64,000 nt of DNA from Clostridia bacterium (lineage in GTDB: Bacteria; Bacillota; Clostridia; UBA1381), in contig JAZQKZ010000031.1 of the NCBI GenBank assembly GCA_045542415.1, forward strand, positions 1 through 64,000, in the 5' to 3' direction. The stretch's first letter is position 1, and each line of letters starts with the position of its first letter. A program made the position numbers and the translations under genes. This document shows positions 27,907 to 38,743 of the stretch, piece after piece. The notes under the pieces are model-generated. The model ran no database searches. It was given only the letters and a program-made list of their open reading frames with translations, and was not told the DNA's origin.

Positions 27907-30900
27907 ATGAGTATAAAAAAATTAGCGGCAGCAGTCTGTGCACTGTCCATTGTATGTTCAAGTATGAGCAATGTCGCGTTGCAGGTCAGTGCTGAAACTG
28001 AACACGATATTCAGGTAACGGCAGACGAAGTTAAGTCTGTTGCAACGCTTGACGAGCTTAACGCAGCGCTGTCAGGCGGCGGAAACTATGAGGTCGGAGC
28101 TGATATTGGTGTAAACAACACCGGTATCAGAGGCAATACTGTAATTGACGGAGCAGGACATACCCTGACCTGCATTAATTTTGACAACAATGCTATGATT
28201 TATCAGAATGATGCGGTGGAAACGGAATTTAAGAATGTTGTGTTTAAAGGATGCGCAAAAGGCGATGTTGGTATATGGGAAGGCAACGGCTCAATTACAA
28301 TTACAGATTCAACAATCGAGAATTTTGCGGTAAATTCCGGACGCTGTGCGGCAGTGGCGTTAGGCGGCGGAAGACTGACGCTGAATAATGTAAAATTTAA
28401 GGATAACAGTCAGTACGATATATGTATAGCAGGCAGCGGCGAGGTTAATATCGGAACCACAACGGAGCTTGCAAAGATGAGATTACAGTCAAATACCTGT
28501 ACATTAAATATCGGCACTGACTGGCAGGGCTCGTTTGAAATTACTATTGATTCGCCGGAGGCGAGAATGCTTGGCACTGTTGCCGAGGGTGCAGATATTT
28601 CAAATATAACTGTAACCAATGAGGGTTTTTATCTTGAAAATAAAAACGGACTTCTAAATATTGTGCAGGAGGCCGGAAGCGGTGAGGATGATTTTATTCC
28701 GACATTGACCGTAGATATGACCGACGAGAAGCATCCTATACTGCACGGCAGCGCGGGCTTCTTATATGGTATCTCAAACGAGGGAGTTCCGAATGTTAAT
28801 ACAATCACTCCGCTCAAGCCAAAGGTGCTTGCGACTAAGGGCGCGCTCGGTACGGAGCATCCATATGGCGACGCTTTGGACGTAGCCGAAGAGTTTTTTG
28901 AAGCCGGCGGCGAGCAGGTTATGATGTATAATTCCAATTATTACGGAGTAATCGGTGTTACGGCGACTGCAGAGGATTATGCTGAGGTATTAAGGACAAT
29001 AATAGCGCCGTATGTCGCAGAGTGGAAGGATAATATGCGCGAGAAATATCCCGACATAGACGAAAGAATTATATATATTCCGATAAATGAAGGTACTCCG
29101 ATTCAATTGGCAAGCGGTGAGTATAATTTCAACGAGGCATGGAAGTTGTACTACGAAGCCATTATAGAGGGCGAACGCGAATACTACGAAAAGAACGGAA
29201 AATATCCTCAGGAAACTTACGAAAAGACGGCGTATCTTGCGGGACCAAATGAGGCAATAGCGCGAAACTATGCTTGGATGGAGGAGCTTATTGACTTCTG
29301 CAACGAAAACGACTGTATGCCTGATATTGTGACCTGGCACGAGTTGAATGTGGCGAATTTAAACACGCTGGCACGCAGCGCAGCAGAATACAGAGATATA
29401 TGTGAAAAGCGCGGTCTGGAACCGAAGCAGGTTGTTATAAATGAATATGCTGATGAGGCGGACTGCGGCGTACCGGGCAGACTTGTCAACTGGATAGCGA
29501 GGCTGGAGGATGCCGAGCTATATGGCTGTCTGCCGTTCTGGCATCAGGCGAACAACTTAAATGACCTTGCAGCCGACGATAACAGCGGTAACGGTGCGTG
29601 GTGGGCGTTTAAGTGGTACGGAGATATGTCGGGTATGACTCTCAATGTTAAATCGAATACTTGGTTCGCTCAGCTTTACGGCTGCGCAACGATAGATGAC
29701 ACGAAAAAGATTGCAAATGTGCTTGCCGGAGGAGTAGATGGCAATGCGAAAATTGTGCTTGACAACATAGACGAAACAAAAACCTTCAAAAACGCCGAAA
29801 AGGTGCATATAAAGGTTGAAGCGGCATATTTCTCTGCATACCACGGGGCGGTATATGAGCCGGCAGTTGTGTCTGAAGGTACATATGCGGTTAAAGACGG
29901 AAAGGTTGAAGTTGAATTAAGCGATATGCTGTTCTCTACCGCGTATAATCTGACAATTACAGAGGCAACGGACGAGGTTTCTTTGCCGATGTACGGAGCG
30001 TGGAGAGCAGTATATGAGGCGGAAGACGCCGAACTGCTTGGAAATGCAGCGATAGAACATATAGGAGACTTAGGCATTCCACCATATTATCTTTCCGCAG
30101 AATACAGGGTCAGGAATCTTAACAGTGAGGGTAACGGTGTAAGATATACCGTTGATGTGCCTATTGACGGAAACTATAAACTGGAATTTTTATACGCCAA
30201 CGGCGTAGGTCTTGACAGGGGCAATGTTAATCACGCACCAAAAAATCTCAGTATGAGCATAACTATTGATGACGGTGATGAGGAAACACTGCTGCTGCCG
30301 AACACATTGTTCTTCAGTATGGAAGGTGTGGCGGAAAAATATGTTGATTTGACTGCCGGAACTCATACAATTACACTGATGTGTGACGGTAAAGAAAAGG
30401 AATATTATCCGGGCGAAAATATTGACCCGCAACTGTATCAGGATGCTATGTATGTCACATATTCAGGCAGTAAGGGTGCAGAGCGTAAGATTAATAAAAC
30501 ATATGAAGCGGAAACTGCTGACTTTAACAAGCTCGGTGACACAGAAGTGACTAATGTAAACACACAAAGCACTGCCAATGGCTATAGCGGAAGCGGATAT
30601 GTAAAAGGACTTAACGAATCACCGGTAGAAAACGGCGGCGGAATAAGATGGATAGTCGCGGTAGAAAAGAGTGGTACATATAATCTGCGTTTTAGATATA
30701 TGACATCCGAAAACGGAAATCTGAGGATTTATAAAGACAATACAAATCTTACATTTACGAATTTACTTACCTCTGTGCCGATTGCCGATACAGGCAATAT
30801 ATGGGCGAATGTTTCAGTGCCGGTATATCTTATGAAGGGTATTAACCTGATTGATATTGATACGGATATTGACGCTGCCGTTGACTATATGCAGGTAACG

Positions 30901-33003
30901 GAAACGGATACGGAAAGCATTATTGTAGAGGCTGAGAGCGGAACAGGAAACTTCGAGACTGCATATTCGCCTTATGCGAATGCGACGTATGTAAAAGAAA
31001 TCGTAGCAGACCCCGACGAGGATTCTCGTGAGGAAAACGGAAGATATCTTGAATTTAAGGTGAGTGTTCCGGAAGCAGGAAAGTATAATATGCAAACATT
31101 TATATCGAATGACGATATGTGCGGAACGCATGTTTACAATATTAAGATTATTGACAGATACGCGTGTGTTTCGGTAAACGGCAAAGAAGGCGTAAGATAT
31201 TTCTTCGCAAACACATTCTCTGACGATACATTCAGGGAAAAAACCATTCCCGTAGAGCTTAACGAGGGTGAGAACACAATCAGATTATATAATGACGATT
31301 CGTGGGAGGTATATTACGGAGGCTCGCGAAGTGAACCGGGAACAGACCGACTGGAGAACTATATGCCAAACTTTGACAAGTTTGTATTTACTAAAGCAGT
31401 ATCTGATAATGATGATAGCGTGCTCCCGCAGTACACTGCCGAGATAAAGACCACCAGAGGCGGTTTTGTAACGGTAGATAAGGCATGGATAACAGAAGGT
31501 AAATCTGCCGAGTTTACAATTAGTCCGGAAAAAAGCGTAATCGGTACACCGTCAAAGCTTGAACATTTTTATGTGAATGGCGTTGAAACAGAAGTTGCAG
31601 ATAACAATGACGGAACATACACATATGTTATGGAAAACGTTACGGACAATATCACGGTAACGGCTGTATTCTCGATACCGATTTGGCTTGAGGAGCTTAT
31701 CGAGGAAGCCGAAAAACGTTTAAGTGTAAAGTACTGCTACGCAAGCCCGACAACGGACACGCTGAAAAAAGAGCTGGATAACGCTAAGGTAGTGTACGAT
31801 GGTACTGACGATGAAACTAAGCTTTACAATGCATATCTGAGTTTTGCGAATGCTTACGAGTCGCTTCTGGTAAAACAAACGGAGGTGAGCACCGACGATA
31901 TGGTTGGTTTCTGGCGGTTTGATAATAATCTTATAAGTAACGAGACAGGCGCGGAGCTTACTGTTGTTAACTCGGATTTATCAGCGGGCGGAGAAGAGAA
32001 ATATGTTCCGTACAGCTTCTCGGGTTACGGTGCTGACTTTGACCAATCATATGCCTTGAAGATTGGAACTGTAGGAAAAGAATTTACAGTTTCAGCGTGG
32101 GTTAAGACTGAAAGCACAGGTCTGAATATGAGTATTTTCTTCAAGAATATGGGTACTGCTGTTGATGCAGAACAGAAGTGGGTATGTGTGTGCAACGAAG
32201 GGTCGCGACTTCCGAAAATCTGGGCGCACGACACTCAGGATTTCCTGTGGCGGAACGTCATAAAACACAAAACGGCAACGGTGGGAGTGTGGACGCACTA
32301 TGCATATACAGAAAAAGATGGAAGAGGAACACTGTATATCAATGGTGAAAAAGTAGGCTCCGGATTTGTTCCGACTGCGGACAGTGCAGATTTGTATTTC
32401 GGCGCAACGTACTGGTCTGACCATAGATTAAAGGGAAGCGCCGATAACCTGTTCTTATCCAATAAGCAGATGAATGATTATGAGATTTCAGCGCTTTATT
32501 CGGGTCAGCTTCCGCCGGACAGCAGTATTAACACGAATGAGCTGATAAACAGTATCATAGACGCTTCGTTTATCGACAGAACAGAAATGAGTGAGTCAAA
32601 ATCAGAGTTGATAGATACGGCAATGGCTATTGCGGCAGATGTGATTAAAAACAATTATTCATCACAGGAGGAAATAGATAAAGCAACAGCACAGCTTAAA
32701 AATGCAGTGAATGCCACGGAGGATATTGAGTGGACTGAAATTGACACAATAGGACAATATAAAAATATTGCGACAGTAAAAGCAGCGTATGCCGGTGATT
32801 TTGTGTATGTAAGAATCGTTGGAGCGGATACAGTGAGAGCATATTCCGCGTTGTATGCGGCAGACGGCAAAATGCTAAAAGTGGAATGTATCAAAGGCGC
32901 AATGATGGATAATGACTATGTGTTCAGTGCGCAGGTTAGTGAAAGACAACGAATTTTTATATGGGACAATGAGATGTCACCACTGACTGAAAGTATTGAT
33001 TAA
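27907..33003 (+). CDS. Secreted 1698-aa multimodular protein: N-terminal parallel beta-helix, putative glycoside-hydrolase core, three CBM6/35-like modules, Ig-like and LamG-like domains
   Basis: Signal peptide. Beta-helix rungs (NVVFKGC..., ITITDSTIEN). RYANG-type motifs (FLYANG, RFRYMTSENG). LamG-like block (FTVSAWVKTEST...GTLYINGEKVGS). Confidence 0.7.
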   Translation: MSIKKLAAAVCALSIVCSSMSNVALQVSAETEHDIQVTADEVKSVATLDELNAALSGGGNYEVGADIGVNNTGIRGNTVIDGAGHTLTCINFDNNAMIYQNDAVETEFKNVVFKGCAKGDVGIWEGNGSITITDSTIENFAVNSGRCAAVALGGGRLTLNNVKFKDNSQYDICIAGSGEVNIGTTTELAKMRLQSNTCTLNIGTDWQGSFEITIDSPEARMLGTVAEGADISNITVTNEGFYLENKNGLLNIVQEAGSGEDDFIPTLTVDMTDEKHPILHGSAGFLYGISNEGVPNVNTITPLKPKVLATKGALGTEHPYGDALDVAEEFFEAGGEQVMMYNSNYYGVIGVTATAEDYAEVLRTIIAPYVAEWKDNMREKYPDIDERIIYIPINEGTPIQLASGEYNFNEAWKLYYEAIIEGEREYYEKNGKYPQETYEKTAYLAGPNEAIARNYAWMEELIDFCNENDCMPDIVTWHELNVANLNTLARSAAEYRDICEKRGLEPKQVVINEYADEADCGVPGRLVNWIARLEDAELYGCLPFWHQANNLNDLAADDNSGNGAWWAFKWYGDMSGMTLNVKSNTWFAQLYGCATIDDTKKIANVLAGGVDGNAKIVLDNIDETKTFKNAEKVHIKVEAAYFSAYHGAVYEPAVVSEGTYAVKDGKVEVELSDMLFSTAYNLTITEATDEVSLPMYGAWRAVYEAEDAELLGNAAIEHIGDLGIPPYYLSAEYRVRNLNSEGNGVRYTVDVPIDGNYKLEFLYANGVGLDRGNVNHAPKNLSMSITIDDGDEETLLLPNTLFFSMEGVAEKYVDLTAGTHTITLMCDGKEKEYYPGENIDPQLYQDAMYVTYSGSKGAERKINKTYEAETADFNKLGDTEVTNVNTQSTANGYSGSGYVKGLNESPVENGGGIRWIVAVEKSGTYNLRFRYMTSENGNLRIYKDNTNLTFTNLLTSVPIADTGNIWANVSVPVYLMKGINLIDIDTDIDAAVDYMQVTETDTESIIVEAESGTGNFETAYSPYANATYVKEIVADPDEDSREENGRYLEFKVSVPEAGKYNMQTFISNDDMCGTHVYNIKIIDRYACVSVNGKEGVRYFFANTFSDDTFREKTIPVELNEGENTIRLYNDDSWEVYYGGSRSEPGTDRLENYMPNFDKFVFTKAVSDNDDSVLPQYTAEIKTTRGGFVTVDKAWITEGKSAEFTISPEKSVIGTPSKLEHFYVNGVETEVADNNDGTYTYVMENVTDNITVTAVFSIPIWLEELIEEAEKRLSVKYCYASPTTDTLKKELDNAKVVYDGTDDETKLYNAYLSFANAYESLLVKQTEVSTDDMVGFWRFDNNLISNETGAELTVVNSDLSAGGEEKYVPYSFSGYGADFDQSYALKIGTVGKEFTVSAWVKTESTGLNMSIFFKNMGTAVDAEQKWVCVCNEGSRLPKIWAHDTQDFLWRNVIKHKTATVGVWTHYAYTEKDGRGTLYINGEKVGSGFVPTADSADLYFGATYWSDHRLKGSADNLFLSNKQMNDYEISALYSGQLPPDSSINTNELINSIIDASFIDRTEMSESKSELIDTAMAIAADVIKNNYSSQEEIDKATAQLKNAVNATEDIEWTEIDTIGQYKNIATVKAAYAGDFVYVRIVGADTVRAYSALYAADGKMLKVECIKGAMMDNDYVFSAQVSERQRIFIWDNEMSPLTESID

Positions 33004-33170
33004 ACCAGAAAGAGCGTGCCGAATCGTATAGGGCGATATTATTAAAAGATATGCTAATCGCTTAAATGACGTGAACTACGAAGTATAAAATGATTCTTTG
33101 GAATTTCGTTGCGCGTATATGAAGCGGAATGCTGATTTTAATAAAAGTCATTAAAAATCCAATCAATAGC

Positions 33171-33531
33171 AAAACCTCACAATCCCAGACAACCCCTGCC
33201 TTCCCTCCCCTTTCCTTAACTTACTAATTTCGGTGAGGTCTTGAACAAACTCCAGGAAAAGACTATGCGTAAGGGCTGTAAGATGAAATAATAACCCTAC
33301 AAAAAGGCACTGCTCGCCCAATGGACGGCAGTGCCTTTGCTTGTTTTTATTATCGTATATCACGGTGTCCGGTTGAAGTCAATATTTCATAAAGGAAATT
33401 TTTGCGGCAAAGCAGTGTGTTGAACAATACTGTACGTTATTTGGAACAGTAAGGCGAATATTGACCTAAAATAAAGTTTTTTCTTCGTAAGGTGTATTGA
33501 ATATTATCGGAATAAATGATAGAATGATATT
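33171..33531 (+). repeat. Repeat family copy B (361 bp), containing a cotJC 3' fragment (..LNKLQEKTMRKGCKMK*) plus terminator
   Basis: Near-identical to copy C. Central ~130 nt is ~80% identical to cotJC end 22789-22935. The fragment has an in-frame TAA upstream, so it is non-coding. Confidence 0.85.
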
Positions 33532-33612
33532 GTAAATACAAGGGTGTCAAAAAACAAAGACCGTTTTGTAGTACATTTAATGTGATAGAGTGTAATAAAG
33601 AGGTGATTAATT

Positions 33613-34287
33613 ATGGGAAGAGTATTAACGGAAAATCAAGAATTATTGAAGGGATACTTATTGGAAGTGGGATGTAGCAAAATTGCAGTTTTGGTAATCA
33701 TTTTAGATGTTTGGGAGCCGGAAGAAACGTTAGATATGCTGCAGTTTTGCAAAGAAAATCATGGTACGGCAACAGAAAAAGATTTTGTTGCAGCGGCAAA
33801 AGAAATTTCTGTTAAGAAAGAAAAGCGAACCATTGAAGATGTTTGGAATATTGAGGACGGCTATGCTTTTTTAAGGGCCATGAATTTATACTTATCAATC
33901 AAGTGTAACTATGGTGATGAAATTAAAAATTTGAACGAGGAAGAAAAGACTTTTTTCTGTGTGCAGATTTTTGAAGAATATATACTTGATGGAAGTTTTA
34001 CAGGCTTTTTCTTTAATTCATGCGGAGATTTTGCAAACGAAATAGTTCCGGCATTGAAAAGGGTTGGGGCAATAAAAATGGCAGAAATTTGTGAAAAAGC
34101 ATTTAGCATATATGGTGATAAAGTCCCTATGGTCAGAGATGAAAGAAAAGAGATTTATAATTCAATGGGCGAAATAATGGAGAGAGTTGTTGATGAATGT
34201 CAAAATAGACTTTCGGATTGCAATAATAATCTTCCAGAATTATGTTATCAATTTATATTAAGCAACAAGGAATCTTTTTCGAAATAA
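33613..34287 (+). CDS. Hypothetical protein with C-terminal DUF4375/DMP19-like region (cassette g1)
   Basis: 224 aa. RBS AAAGAGGTG. C-terminal FFCVQIFEEYILDGSFTGFFFNSCGDF resembles the GGFxQFFxN block of DMP19/DUF4375 proteins, a family sometimes seen as immunity proteins. Confidence 0.55.
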   Translation: MGRVLTENQELLKGYLLEVGCSKIAVLVIILDVWEPEETLDMLQFCKENHGTATEKDFVAAAKEISVKKEKRTIEDVWNIEDGYAFLRAMNLYLSIKCNYGDEIKNLNEEEKTFFCVQIFEEYILDGSFTGFFFNSCGDFANEIVPALKRVGAIKMAEICEKAFSIYGDKVPMVRDERKEIYNSMGEIMERVVDECQNRLSDCNNNLPELCYQFILSNKESFSK

Positions 34288-34410
34288 ATCAGTTATTTTT
34301 TTGTATTAACTAAACACGAGTACCAAAGATTGGCGAAAGATGCCAAAAAAAGAAGCATAATATTTATGTGACATTATTATCCCTATAATCATAGATAAAG
34401 GAGTGATATT

Positions 34411-35412
34411 ATGAAATTATTTGATGATTTTGAAGCAGTTAAATTTCCCGAAGAAGATATGATTTTTATAACTGATAATGGATATCTCTATTATATTTAT
34501 AATTCTAAATATGAATATTGGAGAAAGCATCGTAATGCAGGAAACGACCATATCACAGTTAACAAATATCAAGATGTCAGCAAAGAAGAACTAATGAGTG
34601 CAATGCAAGGTATATACCCTGAAAAAGAAACTGACTTTATGAGATTGTGTAATCCTGAGCAATTATGTATTAGAGATATGTTGGATTTACTTAAAGAGGA
34701 TTATTCGAACTATATGTCAGATTACTCACTCTATCATACTGTTCATAGATTTTTATTAAAGTCTAACATATGCCATAAGTCTTTTTTAGAAACAAAAAAA
34801 CTTTTTGACAATGCCATTGCTCTTCAACAAGATAACAGGCAAGTTGTCGTTCAAATTAAAGAACTTTGTATTGCTATTATTGGTAGGGATATTTTCAAAG
34901 AAGAAATCGGCATAGTTGATGGACATGATTGTTCATCGTATTTTTGGATAATGCCGGTGAGAGTTATTGATTATTCAAATACGAATAATTGGGACAATGT
35001 TGCAGAAATGAGAAGTGCGGAGATTTCAATTGAGGAAGATGATGTTGGTCGATACCTTACGCCTTTTCTCTATAAGCACTATGATGATGAGCTTGAAGCT
35101 AATAAAAAGAGAGTTGAAGATTGTTGGATAGATAATGAAGGTAACGAGCAGATATCGGTTGTAAGCGGTTTTGAATGGTATTTGACACATAATTTCTACA
35201 CATTTAATTCTATGATGGATATTCTAAAAGATATTGGCGATACGATTGACGCTTTATCTTCGGGAAGAGAAAATGAATTTACAGTTAAACTAAAAGATAG
35301 CGAGGTTGAGCTCGTTATTGATTTTTACAATAGATTTATATACAGGATGGAATATATGATGAAAGTTGGTAAAGAAAAGGGCTATGATTTAATTTCTTTT
35401 ATGGGACCTTAA
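34411..35412 (+). CDS. Hypothetical protein (cassette g2), no recognisable domain
   Basis: 333 aa acidic, W/Y/F-rich. RBS AAAGGAG. Confidence 0.55.
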   Translation: MKLFDDFEAVKFPEEDMIFITDNGYLYYIYNSKYEYWRKHRNAGNDHITVNKYQDVSKEELMSAMQGIYPEKETDFMRLCNPEQLCIRDMLDLLKEDYSNYMSDYSLYHTVHRFLLKSNICHKSFLETKKLFDNAIALQQDNRQVVVQIKELCIAIIGRDIFKEEIGIVDGHDCSSYFWIMPVRVIDYSNTNNWDNVAEMRSAEISIEEDDVGRYLTPFLYKHYDDELEANKKRVEDCWIDNEGNEQISVVSGFEWYLTHNFYTFNSMMDILKDIGDTIDALSSGRENEFTVKLKDSEVELVIDFYNRFIYRMEYMMKVGKEKGYDLISFMGP

Positions 35413-35499
35413 AAAAGAGTTGAATCTAACCCTTATATCCCGCATAGTAAACACATCGTAAGATGTCGAAAATATTTTGAGAAAGGATGTTGAATCATA

Positions 35500-35640
35500 T
35501 CGTAATGCAATTTTAAATACTGCAAGGGTTCTCGCTCAAAACGGCGTTACGGAAAACTCCTTTTATTGTATAAAAATAAATGAAAAGGACAGGACACTTA
35601 AGCTGTCAGACAGGCAGGTAAAATATTAATAATCGGAAAA
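35500..35640 (+). pseudogene. Start-less gene remnant (..DVENILRKDVESYRNAILNTARVLAQNGVTENSFYCIKINEKDRTLKLSDRQVKY*)
   Basis: 56 sense codons bounded upstream by an in-frame TAA and lacking a start; reads like the C-terminus of a decayed gene. Confidence 0.3.
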
Positions 35641-35730
35641 GGAAGTGTTCAGAGATGTTTTGCGATGAAATAATAGAAAAAGTTTATATTATAGCTCCAG
35701 ACTATGAAGTATAATGTGAGGTGATAAATC

Positions 35731-36372
35731 TTGAACAAAACAGAGTATTTACTTGAACTTTGTCATAAACCGGAGAGTAATATAGCCGAAATAGAACAAT
35801 ATCTCAATGAAAGTGGTTTTAATCCGGAAGAAACTACTCATCTGTTATTCCGTTTCCTGGAGGAGTATGCTTATCACTTTGAATGTCCCAGACCGTTGCC
35901 GGATGACCTTATTGAACCTAAATTAATAGAAGTATTTAAGGTCTTTTCAAAATATGGATTGCAACCTAATCTGATTATTAACGAATTAAATATCATGCAG
36001 GTAATTCGTCATATTTATTATGGCAATACAGCTCCGGTTTTAGTGCGAATGTTGCTGGAGCATGGCTTAGATCCAAATCTGGAAGTTGACGGAGAAACGA
36101 TATTTGAGGAGCTTGATTTCGATATTGTGTTTGATGTTGTGGAGTTGGAAAATAAGGCTCTGTTTAATATTGAATTTAAAGTCTGGCTGGTTATGATGGG
36201 CTACGGAGGAACTATTCAGGGCGGAAGATGTCCGGTAGAACTAAAAAACGGGTATGAGATTGAGATGTTTAAGCGTTTCGAAAACTTTGACTATGAGATA
36301 GAATTTCTTAAAAAGGACTGGATAATGCACATCTTTAACAAGGAGAGCGGCGAAGAGGTTGCGATATTGTAG
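35731..36372 (+). CDS. Hypothetical protein (cassette g3), TTG start in ORF track
   Basis: 213 aa, acidic. No motif recognised. Confidence 0.45.
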   Translation: MNKTEYLLELCHKPESNIAEIEQYLNESGFNPEETTHLLFRFLEEYAYHFECPRPLPDDLIEPKLIEVFKVFSKYGLQPNLIINELNIMQVIRHIYYGNTAPVLVRMLLEHGLDPNLEVDGETIFEELDFDIVFDVVELENKALFNIEFKVWLVMMGYGGTIQGGRCPVELKNGYEIEMFKRFENFDYEIEFLKKDWIMHIFNKESGEEVAIL

Positions 36373-36492
36373 TTTGGCGAAAATATAATGCGAGGTGGCA
36401 AAACCAAAGATGAAAAAACAATAGCGATAATGATGGGGATTCAGGGTAGCGGTATAGCTACATATTTGAAGTTGCAAAGGAGTATTTATATT

Positions 36493-36969
36493 ATGGTTTA
36501 TGGAGCAATAAATAGAAAAGGCGAAAAATGCTATACACATCTGAAAAAAGTTTTTGATGCAATCGGAAATAAACAAAAAGATTATAATTGGTTAATAACA
36601 GATTGCGAATGTTATCCCAATGATAGCACGCTAAGAGAACTATTTAATAAAGAGTACTGTTTCATTTCCGGAGAAGAATTGACAGAGATTGTTTCAAAAG
36701 AAGACTTTCTATGGATTTGGGCAGTTTTGTCGGGATTTGACAAAAAGGTGTCTATAGAGCAAATCTTAAAACATGAATTGCCTTATGCAGATGGGTATGC
36801 CGGTTTTTGGAATAATCCATTATCACTCCAACACCCATTATCTTGTATAGAGATTGTTCCCTGGGATAGTTCGCTGGTTTTGCTTTTGAGCAAGGATACG
36901 GAAGTAGTTGAAAAATTTATTAAATCATTTCCATATAGTGAAAAACTGGAAGACTATAATAGTAAATGA
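36493..36969 (+). CDS. Hypothetical protein (cassette g4; paralogue of 38744-39220)
   Basis: Start MVYGAINRKGEK after RBS AAGGAG. ~90% identical to g4' at protein level. Confidence 0.6.
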   Translation: MVYGAINRKGEKCYTHLKKVFDAIGNKQKDYNWLITDCECYPNDSTLRELFNKEYCFISGEELTEIVSKEDFLWIWAVLSGFDKKVSIEQILKHELPYADGYAGFWNNPLSLQHPLSCIEIVPWDSSLVLLLSKDTEVVEKFIKSFPYSEKLEDYNSK

Positions 36970-37032
36970 TTTTTTGCCTGAATTGACACGAGCATATAAT
37001 CAGTCAAATTTATCAAAAGAGAGGAGTTGTAT

Positions 37033-37618
37033 TATGACAGCACAAATTACGGACATATATTATTATAAAACAAGACAATATAACATTGTGGCGATGAGCG
37101 ACAAACCGGATTTCCATCCAAGAAACTTGGGCTTGGATGTGTCATGTAATAACACCGCTTGTTGGAGAGGGTATTGGTGTGAATATGAAATATCAGAAGA
37201 TATCATTTTCCTGGAAAAGCTGTTTGTTAATACTGTGGACGGGAAATATCCGGATATAAACGGCATAAGAGTTAACAAAAAGTCAGATGAATATAGGGGG
37301 CACAGAGCGTATGAAGGTTTATCAATGGCTATAAATTATACAGGCAAAATACTTCTTGGCGACGAACGGATTCTCGAATATGGTATTAATGCAGGACATC
37401 CAAGTCCGTGGGAATACAAGATATTAAAGGAATTTGTTTTTGAAAAGAGTAAATTAACTAAAATTAATGATTACAGTTCAATTGCAAAAGATATAAGAGA
37501 AACAGCAGAAAACGAGCTTAGGGATGTGGATGAATTCAAACAATTTTATATTCTTGATAAAATAGCAAAAGAAAAGCTCCCTATAGAATATAATATTCAT
37601 AGAGCAAGTTGGGGATGA
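37033..37618 (+). CDS. Hypothetical protein (cassette g5; N-terminus reused in repeat copies C/D)
   Basis: Start MTAQITDIYYYK after RBS AGAGGAG. 195 aa. Confidence 0.55.
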
Positions 37619-37675
37619 TTCAGTAAACATCAAGTATGGGATAAAGTAAATCTCTAAAGAGACTTAAGGAAACAG

Positions 37676-38074
37676 TGCAAATCACTATTTACTAAAATTA
37701 TTGATAAAATAAACAAAACCTCACAAACCCAGACAAATCCTGCCCTAACAGCCCTTTCCTTAAATTACTAATTTCGGTGAAACCTTGAACAAACTCCAGG
37801 AAAAGACTATGCGTAAGGGCTGTAAGATGAAATAATAACCCTACAAAAAGGCACTGCTCGCCCAATGGACGGCAGTGCCTTTGCTTGTTTTTATTGTCGC
37901 ATATCACGGTGTCCGGTTGAAGTCAATATTTCATAAGGGTAATTTTTGCGGCAAAACACTGTGTTGAACAATACTGTACGTTATTTGGAACAGTAAGGCG
38001 AATATTGACCTAAAATAAAGATTTTCTTCGTAAGGTGTATTGAATATTATCGGAATAAATGATAGAATGATATT
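37676..38074 (+). repeat. Repeat family copy C (g5-start remnant, ~60 nt, cotJC 3' fragment, terminator and ~200 nt)
   Basis: 37715-38074 nearly identical to 33171-33531. 37676-37714 matches the 39286-39330 segment of copy D (acagtgcaaatcactattt...ttattgataaaataaac). Confidence 0.85.
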
Positions 38075-38108
38075 AACATAGCATTACGAGGATAGAAGGT
38101 GCAAAATC

Positions 38109-38318
38109 TTGGATAACGTAAAGAGAGAATTATTCAATCAAATAGAAAAGTTAAATCTTGAAGAAGACTGGGCAAGAGGCACACTCAAAGAAGCTCCGTT
38201 TTGGAGAGACGGAATGACACCGGAAGAGTATGATGAAGAAAACATATATTTGCAAAGACATTGGGACGAGTATATGAATAATACTTATGTTCCTCTTTGG
38301 AAGCAGAAGGAGCTTTGA
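38109..38318 (+). CDS. Hypothetical small acidic protein (cassette g6, 69 aa)
   Basis: ORF with RBS-like GGATAGAAGGTG upstream. Confidence 0.4.
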   Translation: MDNVKRELFNQIEKLNLEEDWARGTLKEAPFWRDGMTPEEYDEENIYLQRHWDEYMNNTYVPLWKQKEL

Positions 38319-38319
38319 T

Positions 38320-38685
38320 ATGGTTACATTTAAATTAGTAGAAGAAAACAGTCATAGTCTTATTTATCATTATTTCCCTAATGGAGAAGAAAACAGTGAA
38401 TCTGGCGTTATAGTCGTAGATAAAGAAAAAAATCAAATATATGTAAAAGACTTATCGCCAAAGGATTTTATGAGAATAGAAACTATAGCAGAGCAAAATG
38501 AAATGAGAGATTCCGTGAATGAGATGCGAAAAATAGAAGGACTGGGTGAACTTAGCGAGGAAGAATGGCCGATTGCCACAGAAGATATTGTCATTAGATT
38601 TTTTGCGGATCATGCCATGAATAAAATTTGGAATGCATATGTCAAGGGTGAAGTTTTGCAAAGCGGTACAGTGATGTGGTATTAG
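38320..38685 (+). CDS. Hypothetical protein (cassette g7, 121 aa)
   Basis: Start MVTFKLVEEN after RBS AGAAGGAG. ORF track extends to 38287. Confidence 0.5.
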   Translation: MVTFKLVEENSHSLIYHYFPNGEENSESGVIVVDKEKNQIYVKDLSPKDFMRIETIAEQNEMRDSVNEMRKIEGLGELSEEEWPIATEDIVIRFFADHAMNKIWNAYVKGEVLQSGTVMWY

Positions 38686-38743
38686 CAAATTTGCGAAGAA
38701 TATTCAGATATTACACAAGCGAGATTTTGAAAGGGGCAGTATC

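Noticed and set aside
28410-32894. Minus-strand ORFs inside 27907-33003 and plus-strand or minus-strand ORFs inside 47055-55142
   Set aside because: Antisense or out-of-frame to long CDSs with clear domain content.
33163-33363. 66-aa minus-strand ORF 33163-33363 and its twin 37698-37907
   Set aside because: Both lie within the repeat copies; they are the reverse-frame image of the cotJC-fragment/terminator sequence and duplicated only because the repeat is.
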